Source: an uncultured virus (IMG/VR IMGVR_UViG_2522572172_000008)
Taxonomy: Duplodnaviria; Heunggongvirae; Uroviricota; Caudoviricetes
Reading direction: 5' to 3' (one strand)
Virus record (IMG/VR): IMGVR_UViG_2522572172_000008
Length of the DNA stretch: 42,502 nucleotides
The notes under the pieces are model-generated. The model was not told where the DNA came from, ran no database searches, and was given only the letters and a program-made list of their open reading frames with translations. Made by a program: the position numbers and the translations under genes. Positions 38,713-42,502 of this stretch are shown piece by piece (positions within the stretch are counted from its first letter, which is position 1; each line of letters begins with the position of its first letter).

Positions 38713-40010
38713 TTATTTGAATGCACTGTAGAAAACACTGTACCCTGTCTTTCGACATATTTCATAAGGGGTTAGACTATATCATACTCCACAGCTTCAT
38801 CTGTTTGGAGTGTTGGCACTTCGGAGGAAGGATTTTCACCTTCTATCTCCTACTCTACTCACTCTGTTTTTTTAACAGGTTTTCGATAGTCGTTACACTT
38901 GCTACTATGTTATATAGTAGATTAGCACGGTATTATCAAGCTATCTACATCTCTGTAGACCTTAGAGTCTCTTACGAAGCGTATTCGCCTATGGTCATTT
39001 CTCCTTTTGAGAGAAAGGCTTGTAATTGTCATACAAGCAGTCTTAGTTAACTTCTACCGTTAGCATGATTGCATCATCACACACCCTGCACTTACAGGTT
39101 CACCAACTGTTTCCTTACGCCATTTCTGGCATAGGGGACTTTTCCTTTCGGATAATCCTACGATGATAGTTACGGCACCTACTTTCCTTTTTTGTCTTTC
39201 GACACATCTTAAGGAAAAGACTATATCATACTCCACAGCTTCATCTGTTTGGAGTGTTGGCACTTCGAAGGGGGAGTTTCACCACAACCTCCTACTCTAC
39301 TAACTCTATACTGTATATAGGTTTTCGATAGTCGTTACACTTTTAATTATAAATATATATAAATAATACATTTACAATCACTTAGCACGGTATTAACAGC
39401 TATCTACATCTCTGTAGACCTTAGTCTCTCTTACGAAGCTCATTCGCCTATGGTCATTTCTCTTTTTGAGAGAAAGGCTTGTAATTGTCATACAAGCAGT
39501 CTTAGTTAACTTCTACCGTTAGCATAATAATAAACATTTATTATTACACACCCTGCATTTACAGGTTCACCAACTGTTTCCTTTCGTCATCTCTGACGCA
39601 GGGGACCATTTAGTTAATCCAGCGGCCGCAATACCACTCCAAATTAAGCCTGTTAACGCTTGAGAACGAGCTTGTGGGTTACCCGCAGATGCACCAAGTT
39701 TCATGAATTGGAAAATGAAGAACATAATCATTGAAACCGCACCGATACCAGAGATACCAACGATGAAGTTACGGTATTTGTTGATGAAATTAGTCCAAGC
39801 AGAACCACTATTAGAAGTATTGCTCATACCTCCACCACTAAGTTCTAATTTACCGTCACTACCAACTTTAACTTCAACATCGCCGATTTGTCCCTCTGCA
39901 TGTGCTTGCATCACAGGTAGTCCAAAGCCCATCATCATCACAAGAGTTAAGAAGAAAGCCATAATTCCGTTTTTCACGGAAAGGTGTTTTCTTTCGATAG
40001 CTTCTGTCAT
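38713..40010 (-). CDS. VirB2/TrbC-like pilin, spliced: join(39617-40010, 39155-39181, 38713-38735), 147 aa
   Basis: AGGAGG RBS; signal peptide QAHA|E; TM1-GNPQARSQA-TM2; the joined exons read GGA T|TA GGT GCC GTA ACT ATC ATC GTA GGA T|TT TTC TAC AGT GCA TTC AAA TAA and complete TM2; upstream of virB3/virB4-like genes. Confidence 0.85.
38736..39154 (-). ncRNA. Group I intron 2 (419 nt, no ORF, probably subgroup IA)
   Basis: 5' exon GGAU pairs with GUCC (U.G wobble); GAAAA pairs with 3' exon UUUUC (P10); core AAUACCGUGCUAA, GUGUAACGACUAUCGAAA and UGAUAUAGUC; P3 GUUGGU/GCCAAC; GUC-GAAA-GAC P9 hairpin; terminal G. Confidence 0.9.
39182..39616 (-). ncRNA. Group I intron 1 (435 nt, no ORF, probably subgroup IA)
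   Basis: Same P1 (GGAU/GUCC), P3, P7 (GACUA/UAGUC), P8 (ACUCCA/UGGAGU), P9 GAAA tetraloop and terminal G; extra helices between P7 and P3'. Confidence 0.9.
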
Positions 40011-40166
40011 GGCGATGCACCTCCTACTATTCTGTTTTCAGTCAAAATGTTTTTGACTTTTTTTATTTTTTATAGTCAACAGCTTTACTGTTGATTATGT
40101 TATATAGTAGTATTTATCTCTCGATTTAATAACTAAAAATGAAGAAAATATGTCGTACCCCCTGTT

Positions 40167-41354
40167 CTACCCCCTAATAAAGGTTTTAGTAGCTACAAAC
40201 TCCATCATATCCTCATTTATAAGCATGTCATACAATAAGTCACTCATCTTTTTCGCCACAATCCCCTTCATTCCTCGTGCTCCTAACCCTTTATGTAAAG
40301 CTTCTGTAGCAATATATTCAATTGCTTCATCTGTAAAACGCAAATCTTTTTGTTCTTCTTTGAATAGCTTTATATATTCAGGAATAATAGCCCCATTAGG
40401 CTTCATTAAGATATCCATTAAGTCTTCTTTCGTTAATGGGTTTAGTGTAAGTATTAGAGGAATACGACCAATGAATTCAGGAATCAGTCCAAACTGTATT
40501 AAGTCCTCAATACTTATAGGACTCATTTTAGAATTATCCTTACTTGCCTCTACTGTATCTGCATTCGTAAATCCAATCGTTTTTTTATGCTTATTCATTC
40601 GTTTATCAACAATCTCTTGCAATCCATCAAAAGCTCCTCCAAATATAAATAGAATATTTGAAGTGTTAATGGTCACAGTTGTTCGTTTAATAGATTGTCT
40701 ATTTTGTTCGATTGTAAAATTTGTACCCTCAATCATTTTTAATAAAGCTTGTTGAACACCCTCACCTTGCGGGTCTTTTGTACTTGTATGTGATGTACGT
40801 TTTGCTAATTTATCAACTTCATCAATAAAAACAATTCCTTTTTCAGCAGAGGAAATATCTCCATTTGCTTCTTGTATTAAAGAAGATAAAATACTATCTA
40901 CATCTTTTCCGCTATATCCTGTTTCTGTAATTGTAGTAGCATCTACGATTGTCATGGGAATATTAATGATTTTTGAAATCGTCTCTACTAAATGCGTTTT
41001 TCCACAACCACTCTCACCAATTAGTAATATGTTGTTTTTAGGAATGTTTGTTTTTACTTTGCTATAAATTCGTTTGTAATGATTATAAATTTCGACTGTC
41101 AAAACCTTCTTTGCATCGTCTTGTCCAATTACATCTCTATCCAATTTATTTTTTATTTCATGTGGTCGTAAAGGACGTGAATACATCAGAGATGCTTCTT
41201 TTTTATTTACATTCCCCTTATTAGTTTCACCTGTTTTCCCATGAAAATGTTCGTAAGCAATTCGTGAACAATTCTTACAAAGTCCAACACCTTCAAGTAT
41301 AGCAGGTAAGAAATCCTTTTTTTCAAAACCACAAAATGAACATTTTTTCTCCAT
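40167..41354 (-). CDS. clpX: ClpX-family AAA+ unfoldase paralog
   Basis: CSFC...CKNC Zn domain, VIGQDDAKK, GESGCGKT, FIDEVDK, GEGVQQALLK, IGF loop, GLIPEFIGR and GARG; GAGG RBS before ATG 41354. Confidence 0.9.
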   Translation of the reverse strand: MEKKCSFCGFEKKDFLPAILEGVGLCKNCSRIAYEHFHGKTGETNKGNVNKKEASLMYSRPLRPHEIKNKLDRDVIGQDDAKKVLTVEIYNHYKRIYSKVKTNIPKNNILLIGESGCGKTHLVETISKIINIPMTIVDATTITETGYSGKDVDSILSSLIQEANGDISSAEKGIVFIDEVDKLAKRTSHTSTKDPQGEGVQQALLKMIEGTNFTIEQNRQSIKRTTVTINTSNILFIFGGAFDGLQEIVDKRMNKHKKTIGFTNADTVEASKDNSKMSPISIEDLIQFGLIPEFIGRIPLILTLNPLTKEDLMDILMKPNGAIIPEYIKLFKEEQKDLRFTDEAIEYIATEALHKGLGARGMKGIVAKKMSDLLYDMLINEDMMEFVATKTFIRG

Positions 41355-41501
41355 ATACGCATCCCTCCTTGTAAAATGAATTACTTCATTATACGAATAT
41401 ATTTTTACTATAGTAAACAAAATAAATGTTCTATCTCTTTCAATACAACAATTCATGAAAAATAAAAACAGCACATCAAAATGTACTGTTTCGAAATTTC
41501 A

Positions 41502-42080
41502 TCATATAATATTTGCGAACCTACTTAATGCATTGATTCTTAAGTGCAGTTCTTGTTCTTTTGGTGTAATAGAATTTAAATTGCTTCTCAATTCCTTTGC
41601 GAAAGATAATACTTCCATTTTATTCCTCCTATATATTTGACCTATATCATCCAATAAATAGGTGAAATCCTCTTCTAATACGTTCAGTTCTTTGATTTCA
41701 ACTAAGACTCGAACAAACATTGTATGTACAACCAGTTCTCTTTCTTGAATCACAACATCTGTAGAACGAAAATGCTCTTGTAGTACCTGATGTTCAGGAT
41801 AATGAATCAGCAAATACTCAAGGAAGAATGTCTCAGCTTCTCTACATAAGGAATATGTATATTCATCCGAAATAGCCTTATCTAATGTCTTTACTTCTGC
41901 TTCCCACATATGAATATCTTTTGAAGAACTCATTCCCAATAATAATTTCCAAATTAATTCTTTCATTCGCTTGTTTTCTTCTTTGAAAAATAAAGAGTTT
42001 TCTTTATGTAATGTATTCATGATAGAATCACTCCCCCTTCTGTATACCTCATTATAGTAAGGGTTAATAGATTTTATCAT
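41502..42080 (-). CDS. Hypothetical helical protein
   Basis: Long ORF co-oriented with its neighbours; the true start may be ATG 42020 (AGGGGGAG RBS). Confidence 0.65.
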   Translation of the reverse strand: MIKSINPYYNEVYRRGSDSIMNTLHKENSLFFKEENKRMKELIWKLLLGMSSSKDIHMWEAEVKTLDKAISDEYTYSLCREAETFFLEYLLIHYPEHQVLQEHFRSTDVVIQERELVVHTMFVRVLVEIKELNVLEEDFTYLLDDIGQIYRRNKMEVLSFAKELRSNLNSITPKEQELHLRINALSRFANII

Positions 42081-42145
42081 TTGGTTCTGTCATACTATCA
42101 GCCTATGTCTATTCATAATAAAAAGCCATACCACGTTGATATGAC

Positions 42146-42502
42146 CTATACTAATGCATATAAGAAATCTGTTTCTTCTGCACTGCACTCTTCTATTCTT
42201 ACTGATTGAAACATCAACATGTTTTCTCTTACCAAAAATATTAGAAATACATTTCCATACTTTGAAAAGGACGAAAATATAATCGTGTTTAATTCTTCAG
42301 CTATATCATGTTGAATGTCCACTCTTCCAAATTCGTGTTTCACTCGTTGTAAATCCATATGGACATTACGAGATTTTATAAATAAAGTTTCTTTAAATGA
42401 ATCCCATCGTTTTGTCTTGTGAACCAACTCATTTATATGGATAGATTCCCCTTGTAGAGTAACTTGCATACTTTTTACCTGATTCTCAATTAGAATTGTC
42501 AT
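42146..42502 (-). CDS. Hypothetical protein (start at the window edge, may extend further)
   Basis: 118-aa ORF. Confidence 0.55.
   Translation of the reverse strand: MTILIENQVKSMQVTLQGESIHINELVHKTKRWDSFKETLFIKSRNVHMDLQRVKHEFGRVDIQHDIAEELNTIIFSSFSKYGNVFLIFLVRENMLMFQSVRIEECSAEETDFLYALV

Noticed and set aside
38736..38738. Alternative 3' splice site for intron 2 at G 38738
   Set aside because: It shifts the frame into a hydrophilic tail running through the terminator and loses the GAAAA:UUUUC P10 register
38721..39263. ORFs 38721-39050 (+) and 39060-39263 (-) as intron-encoded proteins
   Set aside because: No RBS or nuclease motifs; they overlie structured intron RNA, and the second merely passes through exon 2 in frame
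39567..39616. C-terminus TKWSPASEMTKGNSW of the 147-aa ORF in the track
   Set aside because: It is read-through into intron 1; the spliced frame completes the hydrophobic helix and ends next to a terminator
38736..39616. The repeats as group II introns, tandem riboswitches, IStrons or an assembly artefact
   Set aside because: No group II domain V or GUGYG start and no transposase; group I core motifs are present; the copies differ in peripheral helices, so they are not a duplicated read
1..42502. CRISPR array, tRNA/rRNA genes, phage structural genes, relaxase/oriT
   Set aside because: I saw no regularly spaced repeats, cloverleafs or matching protein motifs; the 14-bp palindromes are dispersed rather than arrayed

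Overview
AT-rich 42.5 kb segment that looks like part of a large conjugative plasmid (or ICE) of a Bacillus-like Firmicute; the host assignment is inferred from gene content, AGGAGG RBSs and sigmaA promoters. Most genes are on the minus strand. Reading from right to left there is a ClpX paralog, then a Gram-positive type IV secretion region (VirB2-like pilin, PrgI/VirB3-like, VirB4, VirB6-like and a triple-domain cell-wall hydrolase). It continues with a LysM-SH3-NlpC/P60 hydrolase, a SecA paralog, a half-SbcC/Rad50 plus HerA, a HIRAN-MoxR AAA/vWA pair, DnaE, and a phosphoesterase/ATP-grasp/cREC cluster. The main finding is that the VirB2-like pilin gene (38713-40010, minus) is split into three exons (394, 27 and 23 nt) by two closely related ORF-less group I introns (39182-39616 and 38736-39154). 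Both introns sit after the same GGAU sequence, and splicing restores a 147-aa protein ending ...AAAGLGAVTIIVGFFYSAFK. The next gene is a free-standing Zn-ribbon-repeat/Vsr-like endonuclease, a candidate collaborative homing endonuclease. A 14-bp palindrome (consensus TTGACTATAGTCAA) also recurs at about 11 intergenic sites upstream of dnaE, secA, clpX and tra genes, suggesting an element-wide regulon. All calls come from motif recognition by eye; no searches were run.
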